Source: Oscillospiraceae bacterium (GTDB taxonomy: Bacteria > Bacillota > Clostridia > Oscillospirales > JAVBQB01). From it: a DNA stretch of 64,000 bases. Position numbers and translations under genes: made by a program. This document shows positions 9,006-19,806 of this stretch, piece by piece. Positions within the stretch are counted from its first letter, which is position 1; each line of letters opens with the position of its first letter. A model generated the notes under the pieces. The model searched no databases, was not told the DNA's origin, and saw only the letters and a program-made list of their open reading frames with translations. The stretch is taken from positions 20,027-84,026 of the forward strand of contig JAVBQB010000001.1 of assembly GCA_031549265.1 (NCBI GenBank), given 5' to 3'.

Positions 9006-10702
9006 GTTTCGCCTCCTGCCGAGTCGTTTTGGGCAGCTTTAATAAGCGCCAGCAATCCCCATGAGGCAACAATGCTGGAGCCGCCATTTGAAACGAACGG
9101 GAAGGTCACGCCGGTCAGCGGGAGGATGTCGAGCGCGCCGAAGACATTCAGAGAGAGCTGAAAAACCATGAGCGCCGCCGCCGCGACCGACGTTATGATG
9201 TAAAACGACGACCGGGCCGAGCGCCCGTATCTGACTGCCGCAAATGTGAACAAAACGATGGTAAGAGCGAGAAGAACAGCAATAATAAGCCCCCATTGCT
9301 CGCAAAGCATCCCGAACACAAGGTCGGTATCCGACGCCGCGACGTTTTTGGGAACCAGATAGCCTTCGCCGATGCCGGTGCCGGTCAGTCCGCCGCTTGC
9401 AGAGTACATCATCGTGCGCGTCTGCTGAAATCCTCTGGAGTCGGCAAATTCCCAGACGTGCCGCCAGGCGGCGAAACGGTCGGCAATGTATGGTTTGAGC
9501 CCAATGATCGCGAAAGCGCCGATTGCCGCCGCCGAACAGATTAGCGCGATGGTGCGGATGTCTCCCGAGCGCATGAACGCGAGTATCAGGAAGGTGACAA
9601 AGAATATCAGCGCCGTGCCGAAGTCGCCCATGTAAAAGAGCGAGCCTATGCAAGCGCCGGCAAATAATATTGACAGCGTCAGGTTCTTATTGGTCATCAG
9701 CCGGTCGAGCGGGGCGGCTTCTGCACAGACAAAGGCGATCTTTATGAACTCCGACGGCTGGATGGTCATCCCTCCGACGGCGATCCAGTTCCGGCTGCCG
9801 AATCGCGACTGTCCGAGGAATATATTCACCGCAAAAAGCAGCAAAGCCGCTACGCCCATAGGGTATCGGATTTTCTTAGCGCGGTCAAGATCGGACAGAA
9901 ACCAGGTCAGCACGCAAAAAATGAATATGCCAATGAGACATGTTACAGACTGCTTGATAAGCGAGTTTGGAGCCGCGGTCGCGCATATGCAGAGACCTAC
10001 GCCGGAGAGCCAGAATCCCGCGAGTTCCAGCGCCAGCCCAACTCTGCCGATGAGACGGTTATACAACAGGTAGAACCATTCGACGGCAATCAGACCGAGC
10101 GCGACAAAAACAACTGTGACATTTGGCTCGGCTCCCGAGAAAAGCGCCGCCGAAAATGCCACGAGCTGAAAAAGCGTAATGAACGCAAGCGTTAACATAT
10201 CGCCGGGTATGCGCTGCGTGTCGGACAGTTCATCGACGCCGTCAATTGGATCCAGCAGCGTCATTTTGGCGCCCGCGAGTGAAATTGTATCTCCGTAAGC
10301 GACCTCGCAGGACTGCTCAACCTTGTCGCCGTTTACTTCAACTCCCGATTTGGAGCCAAGGTCTGTGATCGTCCAGATATCCTTCCGCTTCGAGAGAACG
10401 GCGTGATTTCGCGAAACAGACGGTACGTCAACGACGATATCCGATCCGGAGCCCCGCCCTATCGAGTTTTCCCAGCGTGTAACATTCAGCTTCGCGCCGT
10501 TCGGCATATTCAGGCTGGCGACAGAAACAGGGCTGTCCGCTTTTTTGATAAAGCTCAGCAAAAGCCTGATGAAAATGAAGATCGCCAGTGGAGGCAGAAC
10601 CCATTTGACCGCGTCGGAGTAGTGCGGAAAGCCGTTCTGCTGTTCGGCAAAAACGGCTAGCGCGCGGGTCAGTGATTCAGCTAGTTCATTGAAGAAATCC
10701 AT
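9002..10702 (-). CDS. FHA domain + FtsW/RodA/SpoVE (SEDS) protein
   Basis: IGRG...VSRNHA FHA motif; IQPSEFIK, DFGTAL, TGVTFPFVSNGGSS SEDS motifs. Confidence 0.9.
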   Translation of the reverse strand: MDFFNELAESLTRALAVFAEQQNGFPHYSDAVKWVLPPLAIFIFIRLLLSFIKKADSPVSVASLNMPNGAKLNVTRWENSIGRGSGSDIVVDVPSVSRNHAVLSKRKDIWTITDLGSKSGVEVNGDKVEQSCEVAYGDTISLAGAKMTLLDPIDGVDELSDTQRIPGDMLTLAFITLFQLVAFSAALFSGAEPNVTVVFVALGLIAVEWFYLLYNRLIGRVGLALELAGFWLSGVGLCICATAAPNSLIKQSVTCLIGIFIFCVLTWFLSDLDRAKKIRYPMGVAALLLFAVNIFLGQSRFGSRNWIAVGGMTIQPSEFIKIAFVCAEAAPLDRLMTNKNLTLSILFAGACIGSLFYMGDFGTALIFFVTFLILAFMRSGDIRTIALICSAAAIGAFAIIGLKPYIADRFAAWRHVWEFADSRGFQQTRTMMYSASGGLTGTGIGEGYLVPKNVAASDTDLVFGMLCEQWGLIIAVLLALTIVLFTFAAVRYGRSARSSFYIITSVAAAALMVFQLSLNVFGALDILPLTGVTFPFVSNGGSSIVASWGLLALIKAAQNDSAGGET

Positions 10703-10711
10703 TAACAGTCC

Positions 10712-11437
10712 TTATTCGGGATCTTCCCAATTGTGCCAGACATGCTGGACGTCGTCGTTATCTTCCATCATTTCGAGCATTTTCTTCATATGTTTTATGT
10801 CGTCGTCGGAGGTCAGCTTGACCCAGGTCTGAGGGATCATCTCTACCTCGGCCGACAGGAACTCGTATCCGAGCTCCTCAAGGGTATCGCGAACGGAGGA
10901 AAAACTGTCGGGATCGGTAATAATCTCGAAAACCTCGTCCTGCGGCTCGAAATCTAGCGCCCCTGCATCCAGCGCGGTCATCATGACCTCGTCTTCATCC
11001 CGTCCCTCGCGGTTTATCACGATGACGCCGCGCCTGTCAAACGACCACGACACACAGCCGGCAGCGCCCATGTTACCGCCGTATTTGTCGAAGTAGTGGC
11101 GCATCTCGCCAGCCGTGCGGTTGCGGTTGTCGGTCATGGTTTCGACTATGACTGCGACTCCAGACGGACCGTAACCTTCGTATGTGATGGGATCGTAGTT
11201 CTCAGTACTGCTGCTTCCCGCGCGGGTGATAACCCGGTTAATGTTGTCCGACGGGACATTGCCCGCGCGGGCTTTCGCGATGATCTCGCGCAGCTTGCCG
11301 TTTGAGGCGGGATCTGAGCCGCCCTCGCGCACCGCGACGATGATTTCTCTCGATAGCTTGGTGAACAGCTTTGCGCGTTCGCCGTCGGTCTTCTCTTTCT
11401 TGTGAGCGATGTTCTTCCATTTAGAATGTCCGGACAT
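10712..11437 (-). CDS. yebC: YebC/PmpR family protein
   Basis: MSGHSKWKNI, YEGYGPSGVA, TDNRNRT motifs. Confidence 0.95.
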   Translation of the reverse strand: MSGHSKWKNIAHKKEKTDGERAKLFTKLSREIIVAVREGGSDPASNGKLREIIAKARAGNVPSDNINRVITRAGSSSTENYDPITYEGYGPSGVAVIVETMTDNRNRTAGEMRHYFDKYGGNMGAAGCVSWSFDRRGVIVINREGRDEDEVMMTALDAGALDFEPQDEVFEIITDPDSFSSVRDTLEELGYEFLSAEVEMIPQTWVKLTSDDDIKHMKKMLEMMEDNDDVQHVWHNWEDPE

Positions 11438-11490
11438 TTTTTGCCCTCCTTGGGAAATATAATATGGACGTATCAGAGATAAACTTGAAT

Positions 11491-11520
11491 ATTATACCAT
11501 GATTTAGGGGATAGTATCAA
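11491..11520 (-). promoter_or_regulatory. SigA-type promoter for yebC-ftsW-pbp
   Basis: Minus strand TTGATA-N18-TATAAT with extended TG. Confidence 0.6.
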
Positions 11521-11575
11521 TACAGGAAAAGAGAATAAGCGGAAAACGGAATATATTGTGAAGCGAGGTGTCAAT

Positions 11576-11692
11576 ATGGCTAAAAACAAAAATAAAAAGA
11601 AAGCTCCAGGCACAAGTTACGGCGGCCGTCCATCAACCGATACCCAGACGGCGCAGCCCTCCGCAACTGACGTAAAGACCAACCCAAAATGA
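11576..11692 (+). CDS. Small 38-aa hypothetical peptide
   Basis: RBS GAGGTG; MAKNKNKKKAPGTSYGGRPSTDTQTAQPSATDVKTNPK; followed by a GC hairpin and T-run. Confidence 0.5.
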   Translation: MAKNKNKKKAPGTSYGGRPSTDTQTAQPSATDVKTNPK

Positions 11693-11765
11693 GCGGCGCC
11701 CCTGCAAATTGCGGGGGCGTTTATTATTTGATATTTGATTACGCGTGTTTTTCATAGAGCGGGGG

Positions 11766-12632
11766 TCACTGGCCAAAGGACTTAAAGCCTTTGCCGGTGA
11801 CCTCTTTTGCGCTGGTCAGGATGACGAAAGCTTCGGAGTCCTCGCTAAAGACGGTGCGCTTTAAGTTGCTGATTTCGTTGGCGCGGCAGGCGCAGATAAG
11901 CGTGTATCTTGGCTCCTTTGAGTACATTCCTGTACCGGGAATGGATGTCACGCCGCGGTGCAGCTTGTCGATTATCGCCGCCGAGACCTCCTCCGGTCTG
12001 TTGGTGACGATAAGGGCGGCGCTGGCGTTATCCATGCCATTGATAACAAGATCCAAAAGATAGCCTGAGACGAATTGAATGATTATCGCGTAAAGTATAC
12101 TTTCCGCGCTCCGGTAAACAAACGCGGAAGCCGCGATAACGATGATGTTAATGACCATGTTGATATTGCCGATACTGATATGACGAAGTCTGCGATTAAT
12201 AAGTTTCGTCAAAATATCGCTGCCGCCGGCGGTCGCTCCCCTGCTGAAAATGAGCCCTAGCCCAAGTCCCATAAGGACGCCGCCATAAAGCGCGGCCAGC
12301 ATCGGGTCATCGGTAAACTTCCCGAACTTTCCGGTGAACGCGTCGATGATTGCCGACGATATCAGAGTGGAAAACAGAGTCTTGACAATAAAACCATGGC
12401 CAAGTTTTTTCCAGCTGATAATGAACAGCGGAATGTTCATAATAATAAACGAAACGCCAATCGGGAAACTGGTCAGCTTATTAATAAGCAGCGCAATTCC
12501 CGAAAGTCCGCCGAGCGGTATGTTCATCGGCTGAATGAACAGATCGACTGCGGCGGCGTAAAGTATTGAGCCCGCGAATATAATCAGATAATCGAACAAA
12601 ATCTGCCGTTTTGAACCCGATTTAGTTTTCAT
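11766..12632 (-). CDS. YitT family membrane protein
   Basis: GGLSGIA, NIPLF, GGSDIL motifs and C-terminal DUF2179-like RGVT...G.YS. Confidence 0.9.
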   Translation of the reverse strand: MKTKSGSKRQILFDYLIIFAGSILYAAAVDLFIQPMNIPLGGLSGIALLINKLTSFPIGVSFIIMNIPLFIISWKKLGHGFIVKTLFSTLISSAIIDAFTGKFGKFTDDPMLAALYGGVLMGLGLGLIFSRGATAGGSDILTKLINRRLRHISIGNINMVINIIVIAASAFVYRSAESILYAIIIQFVSGYLLDLVINGMDNASAALIVTNRPEEVSAAIIDKLHRGVTSIPGTGMYSKEPRYTLICACRANEISNLKRTVFSEDSEAFVILTSAKEVTGKGFKSFGQ

Positions 12633-12646
12633 CTGGCAACTTCCTT

Positions 12647-13114
12647 CTACTGGTTTGGTGCAACTGACACTATTATGTCCAAAAAATCGTTAAGACGATC
12701 GGTTTTTCCTGTCAGATAGAGATATCCGAACAGCGCTTCCAAGGCGGTGGCGCTCTGATAATCCTCTGCGCTCGAAGAACGCGATCTTGTTGTGGGCTTT
12801 GCGTTGCGGCCGCGCATAAACACCTGCCGTTCAGATTCGCTGAGCATCTGCAATATGGACTGCGCCGCGACGGCCTGGGCTTCTGCCTTGACCCGCCTGA
12901 CTGTCTCGCGGTGAAGAGTTTTTGATGTGGCAACGCCCTGGCAGATCAGCCAGGTGCGCACCATGAGCTCGTAAACGGCGTCTCCGATATGCGCCAGCGA
13001 CAGCGTACTCAGTTTATGCAGGTCTTCATTAGATAGTTCGCGCCCAACAATCGACGGCAATAGAATTTCCTCCCGGCAAGAACAATAATTATCAATTATA
13101 TCATATATTTGCAT
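12647..13114 (-). CDS. mrnC: Mini-ribonuclease III
   Basis: LAHIGDAVYEL, RGRNAK, YQSATALEALFGYLYL. Confidence 0.88.
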   Translation of the reverse strand: MQIYDIIDNYCSCREEILLPSIVGRELSNEDLHKLSTLSLAHIGDAVYELMVRTWLICQGVATSKTLHRETVRRVKAEAQAVAAQSILQMLSESERQVFMRGRNAKPTTRSRSSSAEDYQSATALEALFGYLYLTGKTDRLNDFLDIIVSVAPNQ

Positions 13115-13237
13115 TTTGCAAGTAGATTATTATTTAACTTTCAAAAAATGCTTTCGACAATGAGTCATCAAGAAAAACAGTAAAAATATTGTTCGCTTCA
13201 CGGTCATTATTCTACAAATTTAAACATAGCGAAGCTA

Positions 13238-13266
13238 TTGCGTTATTTGCTGAAAAGTGCTATTAT
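13238..13266 (+). promoter_or_regulatory. SigA-type promoter for carAB
   Basis: TTGCGT-N17-TATTAT. Confidence 0.5.
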
Positions 13267-13308
13267 AATTATTTGAAAAAACTAGCAAGTCTTGAAGGGG
13301 GTTCACGC

Positions 13309-14385
13309 TTGAAAGCTTATCTGATCCTGGAAAACGGCTCGGTTTATGATGGAATTGCTTGCGGCGCCGATAAGCAAGCAGTTTTCGATCTAGTTCTTAA
13401 TACTTCTATGGTAGGGTATATGGAGGCGTTGACAAATCCATCATACGCCGGCAAGGGAGTATTGATGACCTATCCTATAATTGGTAATTATGGTGTTTGT
13501 GAAGCCGACGCTGAAGCTGAGAAGCCTTGGGCGGAGGCTTTTATTTTGAGAGAAATGGCGCAGTGTCCGTCAAATTTCCGCTCGGAAGGCACACTCGAAG
13601 ATTATCTCGTCAGCCACGGAATTCCGGCTATACAGGGTATCGATACAAGGGCGCTCGCCAAACAGCTGAGCCTTTTGGGACCGACGCGCGCGATGCTTAC
13701 AACAAAGGAACCTCTTGACCTTGAATCAGTCCTGAATGAAATCCGCGGATTCAAATATGGAGAGACCGATTACGTCAGCGCAGTCACATGCGCCGATCTC
13801 GAGGAATATGACGGGATGGGAGCCCATATCGTCATTCTTGACCTCGGTACGCCGCGATCGCTGGTAAAGGCATTCCATGACCGCGGGTGCTTTGTTACCG
13901 TCGTGCCAGCAACGATGAGTATCATCGACCTGTTCGTGCTGCGACCCAATGGAGTGGTTCTTTCGCCCGGCCCCGGAAACCCGGCGGTGTATGAGAATCT
14001 TCTCGGGGATTTGAAGGTATTGTACAGCAGCAAGCTGCCTGTTCTCGGAATAGGACTCGGGCATCAGCTTCTGGCGATGGCCACCGGCGCCGCGTCGGTG
14101 CGGCAGCATAAGGGCCACCACGGGGCTAATATTCCGGTCAGGGATCTGTCGAGCGGCAAGACCTATATAACATCGCAGAACCATGACTACACGATCGACC
14201 GTTCGAGTATTGACCCCGAGATAGCGACAGTGCTTTTTGAAAATGTAAACGACGCCACTGTCGAGGGACTGAGCTATATTGACAAGCGAATCAAGTCCGT
14301 TCAGTTCAATCCGGACACCACAATCAATTCCAAAGAAACGGGATACCTTCTGGACAGTTTTATCGCCGAATCGATGCGCAGATGA
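13309..14385 (+). CDS. carA: Carbamoyl-phosphate synthase small subunit (glutaminase triad degenerate)
   Basis: LTNPSYAG, YPIIGNYG, SPGPGNP, TSQNH; probable TTG start at 13309; GIGLGHQ and QFNPD in place of GICLGHQ and QFHPE. Confidence 0.93.
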   Translation: MKAYLILENGSVYDGIACGADKQAVFDLVLNTSMVGYMEALTNPSYAGKGVLMTYPIIGNYGVCEADAEAEKPWAEAFILREMAQCPSNFRSEGTLEDYLVSHGIPAIQGIDTRALAKQLSLLGPTRAMLTTKEPLDLESVLNEIRGFKYGETDYVSAVTCADLEEYDGMGAHIVILDLGTPRSLVKAFHDRGCFVTVVPATMSIIDLFVLRPNGVVLSPGPGNPAVYENLLGDLKVLYSSKLPVLGIGLGHQLLAMATGAASVRQHKGHHGANIPVRDLSSGKTYITSQNHDYTIDRSSIDPEIATVLFENVNDATVEGLSYIDKRIKSVQFNPDTTINSKETGYLLDSFIAESMRR

Positions 14386-14413
14386 CAGCTGCCCAAATCA
14401 ATGATCTGGAGGA

Positions 14414-17400
14414 ATGTCAATGCCTAAGCATTCTGAAATAAAAAAAGTCGTAGTTATAGGGTCGGGCCCGATAATCATCGGCCAGGCCGCTGAATTTGAC
14501 TACGCCGGTACTCAGGCCTGCCGCTCACTGCGGGAGGAAGGGATCGAAGTCGTCCTCATAAACTCCAACCCCGCTACTATAATGACCGACGCCAATATGG
14601 CCGATCACATATACATTGAGCCGCTGACGCTGGATACTGTCAAAAGGATTATCGAAATCGAAAAGCCGGACAGCATCCTCCCCACCCTGGGCGGTCAAAA
14701 CGCGCTGAACATTGCTATGGAGCTGTTCGAATGCGGTTTTCTGACCGAGCAGAATGTGAAAATGATCGGCACTTCACCAAGCGCGATCAAAATGGCCGAG
14801 GACCGGCTGGAATTCAAGAGTACAATGGAGAGCATTGACGAGCCGTGCGCAAAAAGTACTGTGGTGGAGTCGGTTGATGCTGCCGTCGCGTTTGCGGAAA
14901 CGATCGGCTATCCGGTAGTCGTTCGGCCGGCGTACACCTTGGGCGGAACGGGCGGTGGTATAGCCGCTGATGAGAGCGAGCTGCGCGAAATCACTACAAA
15001 CGGACTGCGGCTCAGCCGTGTCGGACAGGCGCTGATCGAGCAGTGCATTTCCGGATGGAAAGAGATTGAGTTTGAAGTGATGCGCGACTCGGCAGGCAAC
15101 GTAATCACCATATGCAGCATGGAAAACGTCGACCCGGTCGGCGTGCACACCGGCGACAGCGTGGTTGTGGCTCCGGCTCAGACACTTGCCTCGCGCGAGT
15201 TTAATATGCTGCGTTCATCGGCCATCAATATCATCTCGGCGCTGGGAATCGAGGGCGGCTGTAATGTGCAGTACGCGCTGCACCCAACCAGTTTCGATTA
15301 CTGCGTTATTGAGGTTAACCCAAGGGTATCGCGCTCGTCAGCGCTGGCTTCGAAAGCTACAGGATATCCGATTGCCAAGGTAGCCTCCAAAGTGGCGCTC
15401 GGCATGACGCTGGACGAGATCAAGAACTCGATCACCGGTACAACATACGCCAGCTTCGAACCGACAATCGACTATGTGGTTCTTAAAATGCCCAAATGGC
15501 CCTTTGACAAATTCGTCCACGCCCGCCGAACGCTGGGAACGCAGATGAAAGCCACCGGAGAAGTGATGGGCATCTCCCCTTCCTTTGAGGGCGCACTGAT
15601 GAAAGCGCTGCGGTCGATGGACAGCGGACAGACCTTGCTGCGGCTGGACAAATACGCAAGGCTCAGCCGGGAGGAAATAATCAAGGCTCTGCACAGTGTA
15701 GACGACGAGCGGCTATTTGTTGTCGCGGAAGCGCTGAGACAGGGCGTGAGTGTCGAGGAAATCTCGTCTATTACAACGATTGACAAGTGGTTTGTCGACA
15801 AGATACAATCAATTGTTGAGATGGAGCGTTCGCTCGCGAATTCCAAGCTCGATATTGATCTTCTCAAACGCGCCAAGATTATGGGATTTGCCGACTCCGG
15901 CATAGCGGAGCTATCGGGCAAGACGGAGACGGAAATCGCGGAAATGCGCCGCTCATCAGGAATTATCGCCGCCTATAAGATGGTGGATACCTGCGCCGGA
16001 GAATTCGCCGCCCAGACTCCTTATTTCTATTCGTGCTACGGCAGCGAGAACGAAGCGGTGCCGGGCGACAGGAAGAAAGTTCTGGTGCTTGGTTCGGGGC
16101 CGATCAGGATCGGTCAGGGAATCGAGTTTGACTACTGTTCGGTGCATAGCCTGTGGGCGCTGCGGGACGCCGGATACGAGACGATAATCATAAATAACAA
16201 CCCCGAGACCGTTTCGACTGACTTTGATATCGCGGATAAACTCTACTTTGAGCCGCTGACGCCCGAGGACGTTGAAAACGTCGTTCGATTGGAGAAGCCG
16301 ATCGGAGCGCTCGTTCAGTTCGGCGGCCAGACGGCGATAAAGCTCACCGGCGCGCTCGTGAAAATGGGAGTTCCGATACTCGGCACGTCGGCTGAGAACG
16401 TTGACCGGTCCGAGGATCGGGAACTGTTTGACCAGGTGCTCGAGAAATGCGGCGTTCCCCGTCCGAAGGGCAGCACGGTGTTTACAGTAGAGCAGGCGCT
16501 TGAAGCGGCAAACGCGCTGGGCTACCCCGTTCTTGTCAGACCGTCATATGTGCTCGGCGGAGCGGGAATGGAGATCGCGTTCTCGGACGAGGACGTCCGT
16601 GAGTTTATGGAGATAATCGGCAAGACTGATAAGCCCATTCTGGTCGACAAATACATGATGGGACGCGAGGTTGAGGTGGACGCCATCTGTGACGGCACCG
16701 ATATTCTGATCCCCGGCGTAATGGAGCACTGCGAACGAGCGGGCGTCCATTCCGGCGACAGCATTGCGGTCTACCCTACCCAGACAGTAGAGGATCGCCA
16801 CAAGAAAACTATCGTCAAATATACGGAGTCGCTGGCGCGCGAGCTGGAAATCGTTGGGCTGATTAACATTCAGTTTATCATCTACAACGATGAGGTCTAT
16901 GTTATCGAGGTCAACCCCCGCTCGAGCAGGACTATTCCCTATGTCAGCAAGATCACCGGCGTTCCGGTTGTCGCCCTCGCGACCAAAGCCATCCTTGGCG
17001 GCAAACTTGCCAATATGGGTTATGGCACGGGCTTGTATCCCGAGCCGGATATGATTGCCGTCAAAATGCCGGTGTTCTCGTTTGAGAAGCTCTATGGCGC
17101 GGACATTTCGCTGGGCCCCGAGATGAAATCGACCGGCGAAGTCCTGGGTATGGCCGACAACTATCCCGACGCGCTGCTCAAGGCGTTCATGGGAGCCGGA
17201 GTCAACCTGCCGAACACCCGAAAAATGATAGTGACGCTGAGAGACTCGGACAAACGCGAATTTCTGCCGATGGCCCGCAGATTTGCCGAGCTCGGGTATG
17301 AAATGCTGACGACGGACGGAACCGGAAAGGCGTTGGCTGAGGTCGGCATCGTTTCGCGAAACGTTAAGCGGATCGGTGAATGCGAAAACGACATTCTGAG

Positions 17401-17623
17401 CGTGATCCGCGGCGGAGAACTCGACCTGGTAATAAATACGCCAACCAGGGGCAGAGCGCATAACCGCGACGGTTACAAAATCAGACGCAACGCTGTCGAA
17501 TGCGGCATCCCCTGCCTGACGTCGCTCGATACTGTCGCGGCGTTGCTGATCAGTCTGGAAAAGACGCATCGCGACAGGCTGGGAGTAACTAAATTGCAGG
17601 ATTTCACCAAGTCGGCGGATTAA
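14414..17623 (+). CDS. carB: Carbamoyl-phosphate synthase large subunit
   Basis: GSGPIIIGQAAEFDYAG, duplicated ATP-grasp domains, MGS C-terminus. Confidence 0.98.
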   Translation: MSMPKHSEIKKVVVIGSGPIIIGQAAEFDYAGTQACRSLREEGIEVVLINSNPATIMTDANMADHIYIEPLTLDTVKRIIEIEKPDSILPTLGGQNALNIAMELFECGFLTEQNVKMIGTSPSAIKMAEDRLEFKSTMESIDEPCAKSTVVESVDAAVAFAETIGYPVVVRPAYTLGGTGGGIAADESELREITTNGLRLSRVGQALIEQCISGWKEIEFEVMRDSAGNVITICSMENVDPVGVHTGDSVVVAPAQTLASREFNMLRSSAINIISALGIEGGCNVQYALHPTSFDYCVIEVNPRVSRSSALASKATGYPIAKVASKVALGMTLDEIKNSITGTTYASFEPTIDYVVLKMPKWPFDKFVHARRTLGTQMKATGEVMGISPSFEGALMKALRSMDSGQTLLRLDKYARLSREEIIKALHSVDDERLFVVAEALRQGVSVEEISSITTIDKWFVDKIQSIVEMERSLANSKLDIDLLKRAKIMGFADSGIAELSGKTETEIAEMRRSSGIIAAYKMVDTCAGEFAAQTPYFYSCYGSENEAVPGDRKKVLVLGSGPIRIGQGIEFDYCSVHSLWALRDAGYETIIINNNPETVSTDFDIADKLYFEPLTPEDVENVVRLEKPIGALVQFGGQTAIKLTGALVKMGVPILGTSAENVDRSEDRELFDQVLEKCGVPRPKGSTVFTVEQALEAANALGYPVLVRPSYVLGGAGMEIAFSDEDVREFMEIIGKTDKPILVDKYMMGREVEVDAICDGTDILIPGVMEHCERAGVHSGDSIAVYPTQTVEDRHKKTIVKYTESLARELEIVGLINIQFIIYNDEVYVIEVNPRSSRTIPYVSKITGVPVVALATKAILGGKLANMGYGTGLYPEPDMIAVKMPVFSFEKLYGADISLGPEMKSTGEVLGMADNYPDALLKAFMGAGVNLPNTRKMIVTLRDSDKREFLPMARRFAELGYEMLTTDGTGKALAEVGIVSRNVKRIGECENDILSVIRGGELDLVINTPTRGRAHNRDGYKIRRNAVECGIPCLTSLDTVAALLISLEKTHRDRLGVTKLQDFTKSAD

Positions 17624-17690
17624 GCATCAATATTTCTTCAATAAATATTATCTTTGTATGGATTCAAATATTGCTCCGAGGGGTTGACGT

Positions 17691-18533
17691 ATGAGATTTA
17701 CGAAAATGCACGGCACCGGCAACGATTATGTCTATGTTGATCTTACGCAGGTTTCGGTGGCCGATCCGGTCAAACTCGCGGTCAAGGTCAGCGACAGGCA
17801 TTTCGGCATCGGCGCCGACGGGCTGGTGCTTATTGACCGCGCGAGTGACGCGGACTTCTCGATGGACATGTATAACGCCGACGGATCGCGCGGGCGCATG
17901 TGCGGAAACGCTATACGGTGCGTTGGCAAGTACGTTTACGATTGCGGTTACACCGATAAACAGGTAATCACGGTTTCAACCCTGTCGGGGATCAAGCGGC
18001 TGGTTCTGAACCTGGTTGAGGGGAAAGTGGATTCGGTAAAGGTCGATATGGGCGCGCCGCTGCTGAGTCCGCGCGACATTCCCTGCGTCTTTGAGGGCGA
18101 CTCCGTCATCAATAAGCCGATTTCGCTCGGCGGCTTCGAAGACAATATTACATGCGTTTCGATGGGCAATCCCCATGCGGTAATCTTCGTAAACGACGTA
18201 GAAGACGCTCCGGTGCATGCTTTCGGGCGACTGATCGAGACCAGCTCATACTTCCCCGACAGGGTAAACGTCGAATTTGTAAAGGTACACAGCCCCGACA
18301 GGCTCAGTATGCGTGTTTGGGAGCGTGGCTCTGGCGAAACATATGCCTGTGGAACGGGCGCGTGCGCAGCTGTGGTCGCCGCCCATCTCTGCGGGCACGC
18401 CTCCCGAAGCGCGACCGTATGCCTGAGCGGCGGTGAGCTGTTTGTGGAGTGGGATACTGAAAGCGGAAACGTATTCATGACCGGCGGCGCGACACGCGTA
18501 TTTGACGGCGACTTTTTCATGGAGGATAAGTGA
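17691..18533 (+). CDS. dapF: Diaminopimelate epimerase
   Basis: [35 protein letters not shown]. Confidence 0.97.
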   Translation: MRFTKMHGTGNDYVYVDLTQVSVADPVKLAVKVSDRHFGIGADGLVLIDRASDADFSMDMYNADGSRGRMCGNAIRCVGKYVYDCGYTDKQVITVSTLSGIKRLVLNLVEGKVDSVKVDMGAPLLSPRDIPCVFEGDSVINKPISLGGFEDNITCVSMGNPHAVIFVNDVEDAPVHAFGRLIETSSYFPDRVNVEFVKVHSPDRLSMRVWERGSGETYACGTGACAAVVAAHLCGHASRSATVCLSGGELFVEWDTESGNVFMTGGATRVFDGDFFMEDK

Positions 18534-19747
18534 TGGCGAAGATCAACCAGAATTATTCGAAGCTTCCGGGCAGTTATCTTTTTGCGGAAATTGGCCGAAA
18601 GGTCGTGCAGTACAAAGCGGAGCACCCGAACAGCGGAGTAATAAGCCTCGGAATCGGAGACGTCACGAGGCCGCTTGCGCCAAGTGTTATCGCGGCGCTG
18701 CACAAAGCGACCGACGAGATGGCGGACAGCGCCACCTTCAGAGGTTACGCGCCATACGAGGGCTACGAGTTCCTGCGCACCGCTATTGCTGAGGGCGACT
18801 ATAAATCGCGCGGAACTGACATATCTCCGGACGAGATATTCGTCTCCGACGGCGCAAAAAGCGATACGGGAAATATCGGCGACATATTCGATCTCTCCTG
18901 CGTGGTTGCGGTCTGTGACCCGGTCTACCCTGTCTATATTGACTCCAACGCGATGAGCGGCCGGGCAGGCGACTTTCGCGATGTTTGGGACAGAATCGTT
19001 TACATGCCCTCGGTCAGTGAAAACGGATTCTCCCCTTCTCTGCCGGATGGGCACGTGGATCTGATTTATCTGTGTCTGCCCAATAACCCGACTGGGACGA
19101 CGCTTAACCGGCGCGAACTGAAAGTCTGGGTGGATTACGCGTGCGAGCACGGCGCGGTGATTCTGTTCGACGCCGCTTACGAGGCGTTTATTACCGAGGA
19201 GGACGTTCCACACTCGGTATTCGAAATTGACGGAGCTAAGCGGTGCGCGATTGAGTTCCGCAGCTTTTCGAAAACGGCGGGCTTTACGGGTCTGCGATGT
19301 GGTTACACGGTCATACCCCGCGAGCTGGAAATTGACGGAGTGTCAATTCATTCGCTGTGGATGCGCCGCCAGTCAACCAAGTTCAACGGAACGGCATACA
19401 TTGTTCAGCGGGCGGCGGAAGCGGTTTTCAGTGAGTCAGGCAGACGGGAAATTGGCGAGTCGATCGCTTATTACCTAGAGAACGCGGGAATTATCAGACG
19501 AGGGCTGGCAGATTGCGGGTTCGAGGTTTTCGGCGGAATAAACGCGCCGTATATCTGGCTTAAGACACCTGGCGGCGTCAGTTCCTGGGAGTTCTTTGAC
19601 AGGCTATTGAGCTCTGCTGAGATAGTGGGAACGCCGGGCAGTGGATTTGGCCCCTCCGGAGAAGGATACTTCAGGCTGACCGCATTTGGCTCCCGCGAGA
19701 ATACGATTGAGGCGCTGAATAGAATAAAAACAAGGCTCTCATTTTGA
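18530..19747 (+). CDS. dapL: LL-diaminopimelate aminotransferase
   Basis: [44 protein letters not shown]. Confidence 0.95.
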   Translation: MMAKINQNYSKLPGSYLFAEIGRKVVQYKAEHPNSGVISLGIGDVTRPLAPSVIAALHKATDEMADSATFRGYAPYEGYEFLRTAIAEGDYKSRGTDISPDEIFVSDGAKSDTGNIGDIFDLSCVVAVCDPVYPVYIDSNAMSGRAGDFRDVWDRIVYMPSVSENGFSPSLPDGHVDLIYLCLPNNPTGTTLNRRELKVWVDYACEHGAVILFDAAYEAFITEEDVPHSVFEIDGAKRCAIEFRSFSKTAGFTGLRCGYTVIPRELEIDGVSIHSLWMRRQSTKFNGTAYIVQRAAEAVFSESGRREIGESIAYYLENAGIIRRGLADCGFEVFGGINAPYIWLKTPGGVSSWEFFDRLLSSAEIVGTPGSGFGPSGEGYFRLTAFGSRENTIEALNRIKTRLSF

Positions 19748-19806
19748 AAATGGGATAATATCATAAGTGTTTTGCATAAGATTTCATAGGAATTGGAAGG
19801 CTGATT

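Noticed and set aside
17656-17666. GTATGGATTCA upstream of dapF resembling the asnS palindrome
   Set aside because: It is a half-site only with different spacing; likely chance.
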